Source of the DNA: Histomonas meleagridis 2922-C6/04-290x
Lineage: Eukaryota > Protista > Parabasalia
Length of the DNA stretch: 64,000 nucleotides
Direction: 5' to 3'
Assembly (NCBI GenBank): GCA_020184695.1
Contig: JAANOX010000085.1
Span: 248,001-312,000 of the forward strand
This document shows positions 43,501 through 53,961 of the stretch, one piece after another. Made by a program: the position numbers and the translations under genes. Numbering within the stretch: the first letter of the stretch is position 1; each line of letters opens with the position of its first letter. Below the pieces are notes generated by a model. The model was not told the origin of the DNA and did no database searches. It saw only the letters and a program-made list of their open reading frames with translations.

Positions 43501-44028
43501 CCTGTGATGAAAACTTATCATTGTTCAATAGCTATTAAAACAATGTCGAAACCTGGTTGTAACATCTTGAAGTCACTTGATAAGTTACAAATAAGAGATT
43601 TCTGGATGAATACAATCGAATGTATATTCGCTACTGATACGTATAAGGAAAATGATTTACTGAAAGAAATAGAGAAAACTTTCGGAGAAAATAATGTAAT
43701 CGATTTAACAAACCCGAATAATAGATTATTTGTTATGAAAGTTTTAATGAAATGTGCCGATTTTTCAAATATGTTAAGGCCAATCGAAATCGTTGGCTCT
43801 TGGCAAAACATCGTTTGTGATTGTTGTATGAATAATGAGGATAAGGATATGAATAACATAAGTAAGGATGAAATGATAATTATGAATGTGAAAATACAAA
43901 GCGAATGTTTAAAGGGATTCGTCGCACAATTATTAAAAATTTCTAACTCGTTTAAGGAAATAGAAAAACAATTTTTGTTGAATTTGTATAAATGGAAAGA
44001 AAGTATCTCAAATGAAAAACAGCAATGA
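40540..44028 (+). CDS. Multi-GAF class I cyclic-nucleotide phosphodiesterase-like protein (degenerate active site)
   Basis: GAF motifs ([48 protein letters not shown]..D) and PDE motifs YHNWNHA, ATD, KCADFSN. The HD motif reads ND. Confidence 0.88.
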   Translation: [1162 protein letters not shown]

Positions 44029-44078
44029 AAAAAATTCATTTTGTTATTAATAAATGTATATAATTTAATTTTGTTTGT

Positions 44079-44528
44079 TTACTTTGTGAATTTTGGTTCG
44101 GTTTGAAGGAACTCAGCATCATGGCCTGTCTTAAGTGTCTCTTTAGATTCTTTGGTTTGGATACAGATTATAACTAATGCTTCAGTTCCTGTGTTCTTAT
44201 AGCAACGACTAGCTCCTGTGCCTACACGAATAACAGATCCTTCTTCAATTGGGAAAACTTTATCATCAACTTGATATTCACCTTTTCCTTTAATAACGAT
44301 ATATACTTCTTCATTTTCTTTATGAGAATGGAAGAATGAAAGTTGAACACCTGCAGGAATGGAAGTATAAGATATTTCAGATCCTGTTGCATGAAGAGCT
44401 TGTTGTAAGAATACTTTTCCTGGGATTGGTTGAGCAAGACCTGTGAAAACATATTTTTCTATTTCTGATGCAGGACCTACATTGATGGCAGTGTAGTTGC
44501 TTCCTTCAGAGATTGTTTTGAGTGACAT
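44079..44528 (-). CDS. Cupin_2 domain protein, bacterial-like
   Basis: FFHSHKENEEVYIVIKGKGEYQVDDKVFPIEEGSVIRV cupin motif. Confidence 0.9.
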   Translation of the reverse strand: MSLKTISEGSNYTAINVGPASEIEKYVFTGLAQPIPGKVFLQQALHATGSEISYTSIPAGVQLSFFHSHKENEEVYIVIKGKGEYQVDDKVFPIEEGSVIRVGTGASRCYKNTGTEALVIICIQTKESKETLKTGHDAEFLQTEPKFTK

Positions 44529-44709
44529 TTTAAATTTAAAATGAAGTCAAATTTATTTCTAGAAACAAAGGAAATGTGATGCGTTTTTTCAAAAGTTTAC
44601 AGTTGGTCGGGCAATCGTTTTGAATAAAATTTTCAGTGCATAACAACGGTTGTAATATAATAAACGGTCTTTTATTGAAGACATGTGAGCTGAAAATGTT
44701 CCTGAACAA

Positions 44710-45705
44710 ATGCAAGAAACACCAAAACTTACAGAAAACGATTTTGAAATAATCGAACGTATTGGTTCTGGTGCATTTTCATGTGTCTACTTAGCACGTT
44801 ATAAAAAAAGCGGAAAATATTATGCTTTAAAAAGATTAAATTGGTGTATTTCCCCTGAAAGGATAATCACTGAAATAAAGTGGCTAGAAAGAGTTAACCA
44901 TCCTAATGTTGTTCAGTTTATGAATTTATTTCATAATAAAGATCAAGTCACACTTGTATTTCAATACATTCCACATATTCCATTTCGACAAGCCATGAGT
45001 TTTATCAGAGGACCTGTCATTAAAATATACATGCACCAATTACTAAGTGCGTTATCACATCTTCATTCATTAAAAATTATACATCGAGATGTTAAACCCT
45101 CAAACTTCTTGTTTAATCCAGAAACAAACCAAGGAACACTCATAGATTATGGCTTATGTGAAGATGATCTTTCTATTAAACCTGTTAACACAATTGAAGG
45201 CAATGTCAAAACTCAAAATATCGAAGATCTTCCCGAATACCAAAATCCAGAGCTTTTCCAAAACTGCCCCAAGATGATAGCCAATCGAGCTGGTACACAT
45301 GGCTTCAGGGCACCCGAAGTATTAATGAGCGCATGGAATCAATCATCCAAAATCGACATTTGGAGCTCGGGAGTCATTCTTCTAATTCTCCTTACGCAAC
45401 GGTATCCGTTTTTCAAGGCATCAAATGATATGCTTTCATTATGTGAAATCGGAGTAATCGTCGGAACAAGTTCTCTTTATGATTGTGCGAAAGAGTGTCG
45501 AAGATTACTTAAGATACCACACTCTAATGAAAAAATGGACTTAAAGGAACTTGTGTATTCGCTAAACCCAAAAATTATGGAGGACAACATTGAGGACTCA
45601 GTCTTTGATTTGCTGGGGAAAATGCTCGAACCAGTGCCAAGTAAAAGAATAACAGCTGCTGATGCGCTAGTACACCCATACTTTCAAGATATTAATGAAA
45701 TTTAA
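44710..45705 (+). CDS. CDC7: CDC7-type Ser/Thr kinase
   Basis: IGSGAFSCVY, HRDVKPSNFL, LIDYGL and ANRAGTHGFRAPEVL (Cdc7 signature). Confidence 0.88.
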   Translation: MQETPKLTENDFEIIERIGSGAFSCVYLARYKKSGKYYALKRLNWCISPERIITEIKWLERVNHPNVVQFMNLFHNKDQVTLVFQYIPHIPFRQAMSFIRGPVIKIYMHQLLSALSHLHSLKIIHRDVKPSNFLFNPETNQGTLIDYGLCEDDLSIKPVNTIEGNVKTQNIEDLPEYQNPELFQNCPKMIANRAGTHGFRAPEVLMSAWNQSSKIDIWSSGVILLILLTQRYPFFKASNDMLSLCEIGVIVGTSSLYDCAKECRRLLKIPHSNEKMDLKELVYSLNPKIMEDNIEDSVFDLLGKMLEPVPSKRITAADALVHPYFQDINEI

Positions 45706-46184
45706 TTTGGTTTTAATAAAATTGTTTGATACGGTTTTTCATGAAATTCATTATTTATCATTATTTTTAGGGAGATAGAAGTTTGTTATTAAAAATTATG
45801 AAGAAGAAGAGAATTATTAATTACAATTTTATCACAAATAACAATAGCGTCAACACTGATTAGCATTTTATTTGGGTTGTCATTTCCAGCACATACAAAC
45901 TTTGTAATTAATAATATTTTTAAGTCAAGTGGTGCATCTGAATGATGACCTTTTTTATGATGAATTGCCTAATTGTTAGTAAAACTACAAAATCTTATGA
46001 AATTGGCTCATTTCCTGTGTATTTAACACTTTTTTTTATCCATCTCAACCATATCCATTTAATAGAGCATGAAATAAGAAACTAATCCTTATGAAAAAAG
46101 TTAAAATAGCTCATATAAAAAGTTGTGATGATTTACTACATCTGCTTAAAGCAAAAATTTAATGTAAATTATGCAAACAAGTTT

Positions 46185-47669
46185 TTATTTCATTCTTAAA
46201 ATTGGAGAAGGAGATCTATTACGTTTTGAGAATGATTTCTGTATAATATTTATATTTTCATCATTCTTTATAGCTTTCTTTGTATTTACAGGCGTAAAAA
46301 TATTTCTTCTGTTCTTTATAATGGGAAGTGAATTTGGATTAACATGTTCAAGTTGATCTATATAAGGTTTTCCATCCCATTCAAAATCTGTACCGTTCTT
46401 CTTCTTGAAATCCGAAAGAATTTGATAAAGTTTTTTCTCTAATCTTGGTAAAGCTACTTGATATCTTCTTCTTGCTTTTTCTTCTCTCATTCTTTGTTGA
46501 GCAGTTCCTTTTCCACGTGACATTAATCTTTGTGAATTACTTGTTTCTTCAAGCATAATATTATATTCGTTAATGATATCTTCTCTTTGATTAATTATTT
46601 CTAAAATAGGATGCCATGAAATAGTTAATTTCTTTAATCTAATTATTTCTGCTTCAAGGAATTTAAATTCATTAATATTTATTTCATTTTGATTTGATCC
46701 TTTCGGTTCAAAACGTGGTCTTGATTCGTCAGCAATATGTAATAAATTCCAATAATCATTAACTTCTTTCTTTTGTTGAATAATTAATTCAGGTAACTTT
46801 TTATCTCTTTGTTCAGAAAGTTTTTCGATCTCTTCTTTACATGATTTAATTGAATCATCTCCAAGATTTGAATGATTAGAAAGGAATTTGTTCCTTTCTA
46901 TTTGAGATATACCAAGAAGATTCCACAAATGTGTTATTTGTACTGCCATTTCTGATAACTCGGATAACCTTTGCGTTTTCTTTGTTTCAAGTCTAGTTTT
47001 AAAATCTTGTAAAGAATCAATTGTTTTCATTGAAAATGATTTGTTATTCATTAAATCTTTATCAGAATCATTAAGCGTTTCATTAAGTTCTTTAATTAAT
47101 TGATTTATTGATTTGCGAATTGTGATTATTTTTAGATTTCGTTTTTCCTTAATGGTTTTAAGTTCTTCAATTTTTACCCGAAAACGTTCAATTCTTTCAC
47201 GAGTTAAGTCTAATTCTCCAAGTTCATTATACTCCCCACGTTCTTCAACTGGAATTCCGAGTGAATCAAATAGATCCCTTGATATATAAACAAGATTTTC
47301 AAGTTTTTGAACCCTATCGGCAATTACATTTTTGAATGCAAAAAATTTTCTTTTTGTTTCTTCAAGTTGCGAAAGTAAATTAACAGGTTGTATTGGTGTT
47401 AGTTCTTCATTGATGTCAATTTCAGGAATACCATAAGCTTTCATTAAATTTCTTTGATTAGATTGGATTTGCTGAATTTCTGTTCTTACCTCTTGGCATT
47501 TTGACATTAGCTTCGCGGTAAAATCGGAATAAATTGCTCGAATTGAATCTGAAAGAGAATCAATTTCTAACTTTCTTTGTGTATCATCAACACCTAATTC
47601 ATTCCATAATGTTTCAACAATAGGGACGATTTTCAAATCGAAAAGCTCTTCATTTGCAATACTTACCAT
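46185..47669 (-). CDS. MAP65/ASE1/PRC1 microtubule-bundling protein
   Basis: LWNELG, ITHLWNLLGI and SSNSQRL-like/RLMSRG..REEKARRR..LPRLEKKL..F.WDG motifs. First in-frame ATG at 47669; the ORF track starts at a GTG at 47753. Confidence 0.85.
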   Translation of the reverse strand: MVSIANEELFDLKIVPIVETLWNELGVDDTQRKLEIDSLSDSIRAIYSDFTAKLMSKCQEVRTEIQQIQSNQRNLMKAYGIPEIDINEELTPIQPVNLLSQLEETKRKFFAFKNVIADRVQKLENLVYISRDLFDSLGIPVEERGEYNELGELDLTRERIERFRVKIEELKTIKEKRNLKIITIRKSINQLIKELNETLNDSDKDLMNNKSFSMKTIDSLQDFKTRLETKKTQRLSELSEMAVQITHLWNLLGISQIERNKFLSNHSNLGDDSIKSCKEEIEKLSEQRDKKLPELIIQQKKEVNDYWNLLHIADESRPRFEPKGSNQNEININEFKFLEAEIIRLKKLTISWHPILEIINQREDIINEYNIMLEETSNSQRLMSRGKGTAQQRMREEKARRRYQVALPRLEKKLYQILSDFKKKNGTDFEWDGKPYIDQLEHVNPNSLPIIKNRRNIFTPVNTKKAIKNDENINIIQKSFSKRNRSPSPILRMK

Positions 47670-48395
47670 TTCTGTTTCCTTAACGTCATATGAATTTGGT
47701 TCTGGAGGTGTCAACTTTTTAATAACTATTTGAAATGTTTTTGTGTAGGCCACTTTTGACTAGCACTTTTCTCTTTTGTCAAAAGTTTTTCAATGAAATA
47801 ACCGTGGGAAACAAACTTTTTGTATACGTTTTAATCATCAAATCGATTTACGTCTGAAATGAATTGAATTCCATTTTTTAACTTATTTTTTCCTCTCCTA
47901 ATTCAAAATTTCGAATTTCCATTAATTTTATTCAACAATATTTTGTCTACTAACACTCATTCAATACCGCATTTTTCTTCTCTCAATCAATCTTGGCGGT
48001 AATACTATTTGATCTTCAAATAGATTGGAAAAGTGATGATTTGACAACCTGTTGTTTCATCGTTTGAACCCACACAAATTTGTGAAAGTCAAAAAAATTC
48101 CATAAGAACTTGGCGTTTGACCAAATTTGAGATAATTATTGATTTGGGCCATGTGATTAATGTATACAATTCTAGAATGAATTATCTCATTTTGAAAATA
48201 TCATATTGATTTTTGTAGCAGCGAAGAGAGTCGGGGGCTGCTGGGTCCCTTAGGTCCATATTACCACCAACCGATAACTTTTTTTGCTGCCCACCAAGAT
48301 ACCCTTTTTCATTCTCATTTTATTCAAATTGTGATAGAAAATTAATTTTTATATGTGTAAACATTTTAGAAAAGGAATTTATGAGTAAATCATTT

Positions 48396-48660
48396 CTAGA
48401 ATTTTTTGGTTTGAGAATTTAATATTTCAACAATTTCTTTGTAACCATTTCGAGATGCCATTATCAGTGCTGTTTCAAATATATTAAATTAATTCCAAAT
48501 ATTATTTTGAAATATTAAATTATCAAAACAAATTCTAAATAAAATAAATAAATATTTTTAGCATTAAGATCAATTCCTTCTTGTTCAAGAAGGAATTTAA
48601 CTATTTCTGTATGACCTTCTAAAGATGCATGCATAAGTGCTGTATCAAATAATTTAAATA
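48396..48660 (-). pseudogene. Orphan 3' fragment of the spacer-interrupted ankyrin family (two modules, one 68-nt spacer)
   Basis: LFDTALMHASLEGHTEIVKFLLEQEGIDLNAKN, then a TA-flanked spacer (TA at 48553 and 48485), then IFETALIMASRNGYKEIVEILNSQTKKF*. Confidence 0.85.
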
Positions 48661-48845
48661 ACAAAAGAAAGCCAAATAATTAATTTTATAATAAATTTTA
48701 TTTATAATATTGTTTAGCTAAACTCTAATTTTGAGTGGAATTTGTTCTTATAAAACAATTTCACACAAAAAATTAATTTACGATTCAAACATCCAAAGTG
48801 ATTACTAATTCATGTTATTTATTTAACACAAAAATTTTAATTTTT

Positions 48846-51800
48846 TTATTTTTTGTTACGATACGATTCTATATTAAACAAATCCTTTCTATATCCCTCT
48901 GTAATTTTGAACTCGTTATGATTCAACAAATCTTTTACGTCTTCTGTCACCACTATCATACCCAACGGCGCTTCTGACTCCACGTCTTGTGCCATATCTA
49001 TTGCATCACCTCCAACTCTAAACAAAGGGATTTCATTTTCTATTATTACATTTCCTTTTAATTGGCCCAACGCGATACCAATTCTTGGCTGAATACTTAA
49101 GTTGACTGTTGAACTTGGGTTTTCGAAATGTTCTATTAAATCTTCGCAAAAGAAAACGACATGTTTAACATTTTCTTTTAAGTTTTGTTCTTCATTATTA
49201 TCCAATAACCCAATACAAGCGATTATGTTTGTACTATTTTCTCGAATTATTTGTATTGAAGGATAATTATTTTTAATTTCTTCGATTGCATCATAAATTA
49301 AACTTAAAGAAGATATCAAATTTTTAGGCAACATTGAAAACACATTATTTTCAGTGCCAACAAGTTCGACATATATTACTACAGCTGAATCATTATTAAT
49401 CATTAAGTTTTTAACATTATTTTGTTGTTGTTGATAATTATTATTATTATCTAATAATTGTTTCGGTATTAAAGCATTAATTAATTGTTTGTTTCTTTCT
49501 TTAGCTTCATGAATTAATTGTTTTTGATTAGTTTCTGTTTCCATATTTTCCATTAATATAGTAATTGAAGTTAATTTATTATTATTATCAAATAATGGTA
49601 TTAAAGAAGCCTTTATAAATATTAATGAATTACTTTCTGTAATACAATATGTCGGTATAGTTGGTTCGATTTCATTATTTTCGACTTGTATTTCTTCAAT
49701 ATATGAATAAAATCGTGATGAATAAAAATGTTGTTTAGAATCAGGATCATAATTAGTAGGTAAAGGTATAAACCAATTTAATGATCGACCTAATATTTGA
49801 TCTGGTAATAACCCAGTTAATTGTTGTAATGAAGGATTAATATTTTGTATTATTAAATTAGGATCAACAGTAATAATTGAGAAGTTCGATGAATTTAAAA
49901 TTGATTCACTTGGTGTCATTATGTTTGTTTCAATGTTATTATTATTATCTAAGATATTATCCATTAATAATTTATTATGTACAATAGATATTGGTGGTAA
50001 TAATAATATCATTTGATGAAAGAATTTAAATGATATTGAATAAAAGTAAATATAAACTATTTCATATATAAATAATACTAACGTTACAAATATTAATCCT
50101 GCTACTAATCCATAGACACCATTTAATTGACGCTTTGTATAATTATATGTGATTTGATATATTTGATCTTGAAATGATCGTAATTCATTAAATAAATGTA
50201 AATCTAATAAATATATTATTGTAGAAAATGATGAAGTTCTAAATTCATTACCAAAGACAAATTCACTGAAAGCTCTCATTAATATATTTACTTTGTTATT
50301 AATACTAATACAATTCAAATATTGAGAATATGATAAATTTGTATGATCTTCACATTCATCTTTAATATAATATGAAGATTCATCATTTAAACTAATGACT
50401 TTTTGTGTTATTTCTAAATTATAACTAATTAATACATTAATGTATTTTTCATAATCTTGTTTATCTGGGAAATATACACTATATGAAGTTTTATCAACTA
50501 TAGATCTTAATATGATTGATAATAAAGCAATTAATCGTCGAGAATTTAATTCTGCTAATGAATTTATATCTTTTAGATATTCAATGATGTTTTTCATTGA
50601 TATAATTAATATTATAAATAAAACACATAATAAAATTATTGCTAAAAATGATATTGATGCTAACCCAATATCATTTGAATCTTTTTCTTGTGTAGAATGT
50701 GATGAATTTAATGTTAATTTTCCTTTATTCTTTAGATATATTGGTTGAAATGATTCGATAATATCTTCTTCTTTAAAGTTTTCAATGATTTTTAATATTT
50801 TATTTGAATCTTTTTTAACTAAATTATAAAATGGTATTCCTAATAATACAAATGCTATTAATGCTATAACTCCTAATATTATAGGTAATACAGTACATAA
50901 TTTAATCATACGATCACCTTCTTCATCAATTTGTGTCTTTAAGTTTTGTTCTAATAATATAAATAATGATGAATAACCTGGTGTGTTTAAAAACACTGGC
51001 ATTATATATTTTAACATTAATAAAGGAATTTCTGTCAAGTCATTATATCTTGAAACTAATTCACTTAATATTAAAGCAGCATAATGTATATAACTTCGAA
51101 GTGTTGAAGGGAAATTAGTAAAGTTTTCAGTTTCTGATAAATGTTTATATTCATTAGTTGAATAATCATTTAATACATTAATTTCTTGTATATAATTATT
51201 TGAATTATCATAAATAATTCGTAATTCTGTGTCTGTTTGATATATTAAATCTTTAATAATATCAGTACAAGTTGTTACAAATGTATCAAAATATGAAGTA
51301 GAAAAATCAGTTAAATTTTGTTGTTCTTCTAAAGTAGGAAATATATCTTTAATTAATTGTTCTTTTTCATAATAACCTCTTAAGTTTAATAAGTTAACAG
51401 CACCTATAATAGATATATATTCAATTGACGTCGAAATATTTGTAATAACTGGATTAGTTTTGAAGAATTCCAATAAAGGTGTAGTACAATAAGAACAGAT
51501 ATAAATAGTTATTAAACATAAAGCTATTAATATAACAAATTGTATAATTGCTATTATTGTAGAATAAATTAATGAATTAAATTTATAATGTTTTAATGAG
51601 TTTTGTATTAATAACCTTAATTTACTATGTGTAAATAATGTAGGTATTAAATCATCATATTTACGACCAAATCCTTCTGATGAAGAAGAAGTATCAGATT
51701 CTGTTGTATTAAAACTTTGTTCTGATTTAGTTTCATCTAATTCATCATCAATGAAAGAACCTCTTTGATTTAATATACCTAATTTAATATAATCTGGAAA

Positions 51801-53513
51801 TAAATTAACAAATAAATGATATGAATGATCAGTTGAAGTTCTTTTACCTAATTCCATATCATAAGCAATTTTTGCTATTCGAATGGCTGATCGATAATCT
51901 CCCATACCTTCAATTAAATAACGACAATAACATTCATATATTTTTTGTGAATTTGGATATTTTTCAATTGTATCTAAAAAGACAGAATTTGTTTCATTAG
52001 ATAATACTGCTAATGATTTTAATGATGCCATTGTTACATTACTTTTAGCTTTAATTATTTCATTCCAAAATCCTCGAATTGTCGCTATAACTTCATTGGA
52101 ATGTTTCTCTAATGATGCTAATTGTTTATTACCTTCAATTGAGATTGTACTTTGTCTTAATATATGAATTCGATGTACTTGAAACAATAAATATTTTTGA
52201 AATATGTTTAAATTTGGTAAATTAGATACTAATGATAAACAAACACTTAACATTTGTTGTTGTGATGGGAAATATGATAAAAATTGTAATATGTCTAATA
52301 ATATAGCAGGATGTGAATAAAAATCTAATAAATATCTTATAAATGAAAAATCAATGAATAATTTACAATGATATTTAATCCCAATCCTTAACATCATCTT
52401 TGCATGATCCATGTTTTTAAATGTTAATGAATCAAAATATTTATATTTTTCTGTATCATCTTTAGGCTCTTCATTATTTAATATCTTTATAACATTATCT
52501 CTTCTTTTCTTAAATATTATTATGTTAACAATTAATGCAATAATTATAATTCCAAATCCTATCGATGATACTATTTCACTATAATCAATAGGAAATGCAT
52601 TTGTTAATTGTAATATAGAAATAATACAATTATAAATATAATAAAAGATTAATGACGCTGAAATTATTGTATACCCATAATAATAATGTGGAAAATATAA
52701 ATAATATCGATATACAACAATAAATAATAATAAAATAAATATTATAAATAAATACATTAACCAATGAGCAAATGATTCAACTGCTGTCCCTGTAATTGCT
52801 CCTAAAAATGTGATTATTGCTAAGATAACATTGGGACGCGGATCCCATCCGCCTGAAATGTTATTAACTAAAAATGGAGTTTGTGAAAACATATAAATAG
52901 AGAAAATGTGTATAGTAAAGAATGATACAAATATTAAAACCGATATTAGAAATAATATAATGTTCTTAATAGAGGCATCAGTTGTAATGGCTACAAATGC
53001 TTTGCCCGAATATATTGCTGTCGGACAAATTAAAATATTAATAATGACCATACAAAAAGTTTGCCAAGTTGCAACTTGAATCTTTAAAAATGTCTTCTTG
53101 GACCTGTGGTATATGATTGTAATTGTCACTAACACAATCATTAGACCATATATGACCACAATAACTATAAATTGAGTAAGAATTTCATCAAATGATTTAT
53201 AGGTCATCCCAAAGTCTGCAAACGCAAGAAAAACAGAGGTTCGTGAATTTATGGAGCGATAAGAAACTTCTTTTGATACAAGCATTGAAGAAATAACAGA
53301 TAATTGGAAAAACTGAACTATAAAATGAATGACAACAATTATGTTTGGTATTTTGCTATGAGTAGAACATTCTTCATATAATGGATATAAAAAATCTTCA
53401 GTTGCACGATGAAGTTTCCATAGCTGCGCCTCTGTAGTACTTGCCACACTAGCTCCAGATCTCCCTGTTGTTTTTTGAGATGTAGATAAAACTGTTGTTG
53501 TCACCGAAGTCAT
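48846..53513 (-). CDS. Multi-TM PAS plus class III nucleotide-cyclase-like protein (degenerate catalytic domain)
   Basis: N-terminal TM bundle, PAS-like SIITVDPNLIIQNINPSLQQLTG, and a C-terminal cyclase fold (VVIYVELVG, RIGIALG, GGDAIDMAQDVES). Confidence 0.8.
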   Translation of the reverse strand: MTSVTTTVLSTSQKTTGRSGASVASTTEAQLWKLHRATEDFLYPLYEECSTHSKIPNIIVVIHFIVQFFQLSVISSMLVSKEVSYRSINSRTSVFLAFADFGMTYKSFDEILTQFIVIVVIYGLMIVLVTITIIYHRSKKTFLKIQVATWQTFCMVIINILICPTAIYSGKAFVAITTDASIKNIILFLISVLIFVSFFTIHIFSIYMFSQTPFLVNNISGGWDPRPNVILAIITFLGAITGTAVESFAHWLMYLFIIFILLLFIVVYRYYLYFPHYYYGYTIISASLIFYYIYNCIISILQLTNAFPIDYSEIVSSIGFGIIIIALIVNIIIFKKRRDNVIKILNNEEPKDDTEKYKYFDSLTFKNMDHAKMMLRIGIKYHCKLFIDFSFIRYLLDFYSHPAILLDILQFLSYFPSQQQMLSVCLSLVSNLPNLNIFQKYLLFQVHRIHILRQSTISIEGNKQLASLEKHSNEVIATIRGFWNEIIKAKSNVTMASLKSLAVLSNETNSVFLDTIEKYPNSQKIYECYCRYLIEGMGDYRSAIRIAKIAYDMELGKRTSTDHSYHLFVNLFPDYIKLGILNQRGSFIDDELDETKSEQSFNTTESDTSSSSEGFGRKYDDLIPTLFTHSKLRLLIQNSLKHYKFNSLIYSTIIAIIQFVILIALCLITIYICSYCTTPLLEFFKTNPVITNISTSIEYISIIGAVNLLNLRGYYEKEQLIKDIFPTLEEQQNLTDFSTSYFDTFVTTCTDIIKDLIYQTDTELRIIYDNSNNYIQEINVLNDYSTNEYKHLSETENFTNFPSTLRSYIHYAALILSELVSRYNDLTEIPLLMLKYIMPVFLNTPGYSSLFILLEQNLKTQIDEEGDRMIKLCTVLPIILGVIALIAFVLLGIPFYNLVKKDSNKILKIIENFKEEDIIESFQPIYLKNKGKLTLNSSHSTQEKDSNDIGLASISFLAIILLCVLFIILIISMKNIIEYLKDINSLAELNSRRLIALLSIILRSIVDKTSYSVYFPDKQDYEKYINVLISYNLEITQKVISLNDESSYYIKDECEDHTNLSYSQYLNCISINNKVNILMRAFSEFVFGNEFRTSSFSTIIYLLDLHLFNELRSFQDQIYQITYNYTKRQLNGVYGLVAGLIFVTLVLFIYEIVYIYFYSISFKFFHQMILLLPPISIVHNKLLMDNILDNNNNIETNIMTPSESILNSSNFSIITVDPNLIIQNINPSLQQLTGLLPDQILGRSLNWFIPLPTNYDPDSKQHFYSSRFYSYIEEIQVENNEIEPTIPTYCITESNSLIFIKASLIPLFDNNNKLTSITILMENMETETNQKQLIHEAKERNKQLINALIPKQLLDNNNNYQQQQNNVKNLMINNDSAVVIYVELVGTENNVFSMLPKNLISSLSLIYDAIEEIKNNYPSIQIIRENSTNIIACIGLLDNNEEQNLKENVKHVVFFCEDLIEHFENPSSTVNLSIQPRIGIALGQLKGNVIIENEIPLFRVGGDAIDMAQDVESEAPLGMIVVTEDVKDLLNHNEFKITEGYRKDLFNIESYRNKK

Positions 53514-53961
53514 CCCTGTTCGGAAGGATTTTATAATAACGGCTCATTATCAAAAGTTGGCACAACGTTCAGAATTTACAGTGGTTGATTTCATAAAGCT
53601 CTGAAAAAAATGAAAGAGGATGATATACTTTTCATAAAATTTGTCAATTAAAATTATTGGTAAATCAGAGAGCAATAGACCTTCCTATATTGTATGGCTC
53701 GAATACCTTCCTTTAAAGGAATATTTTAGCAAATTTGTTTGCTTTTTTTCCAGCTGATTATTGAGTTATGGAACCTTTGGTTGTTTGCATTGAAAGAATT
53801 GAATGTATCGGGATTTTATATTGTTTCAAAAATCTGGGCTTTTCATATCGTTTTGTTCTTTCAAAAAGTTATTTTACAACAACTCAATTTGGCTCAGCCA
53901 ACGTAAAAGCCAATATTGGTTGGAACGTTCCAAAAAAAAATCCATTTTCTCTTTATCATTT

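Noticed and set aside
43518-44039. 173-aa minus-strand ORF
   Set aside because: Antisense shadow of the PDE C-terminus.
47948-47959. Parabasalid intron 3' motif ACTAACACTCAT
   Set aside because: It does not end in AG and lies in intergenic DNA with no matching exon.
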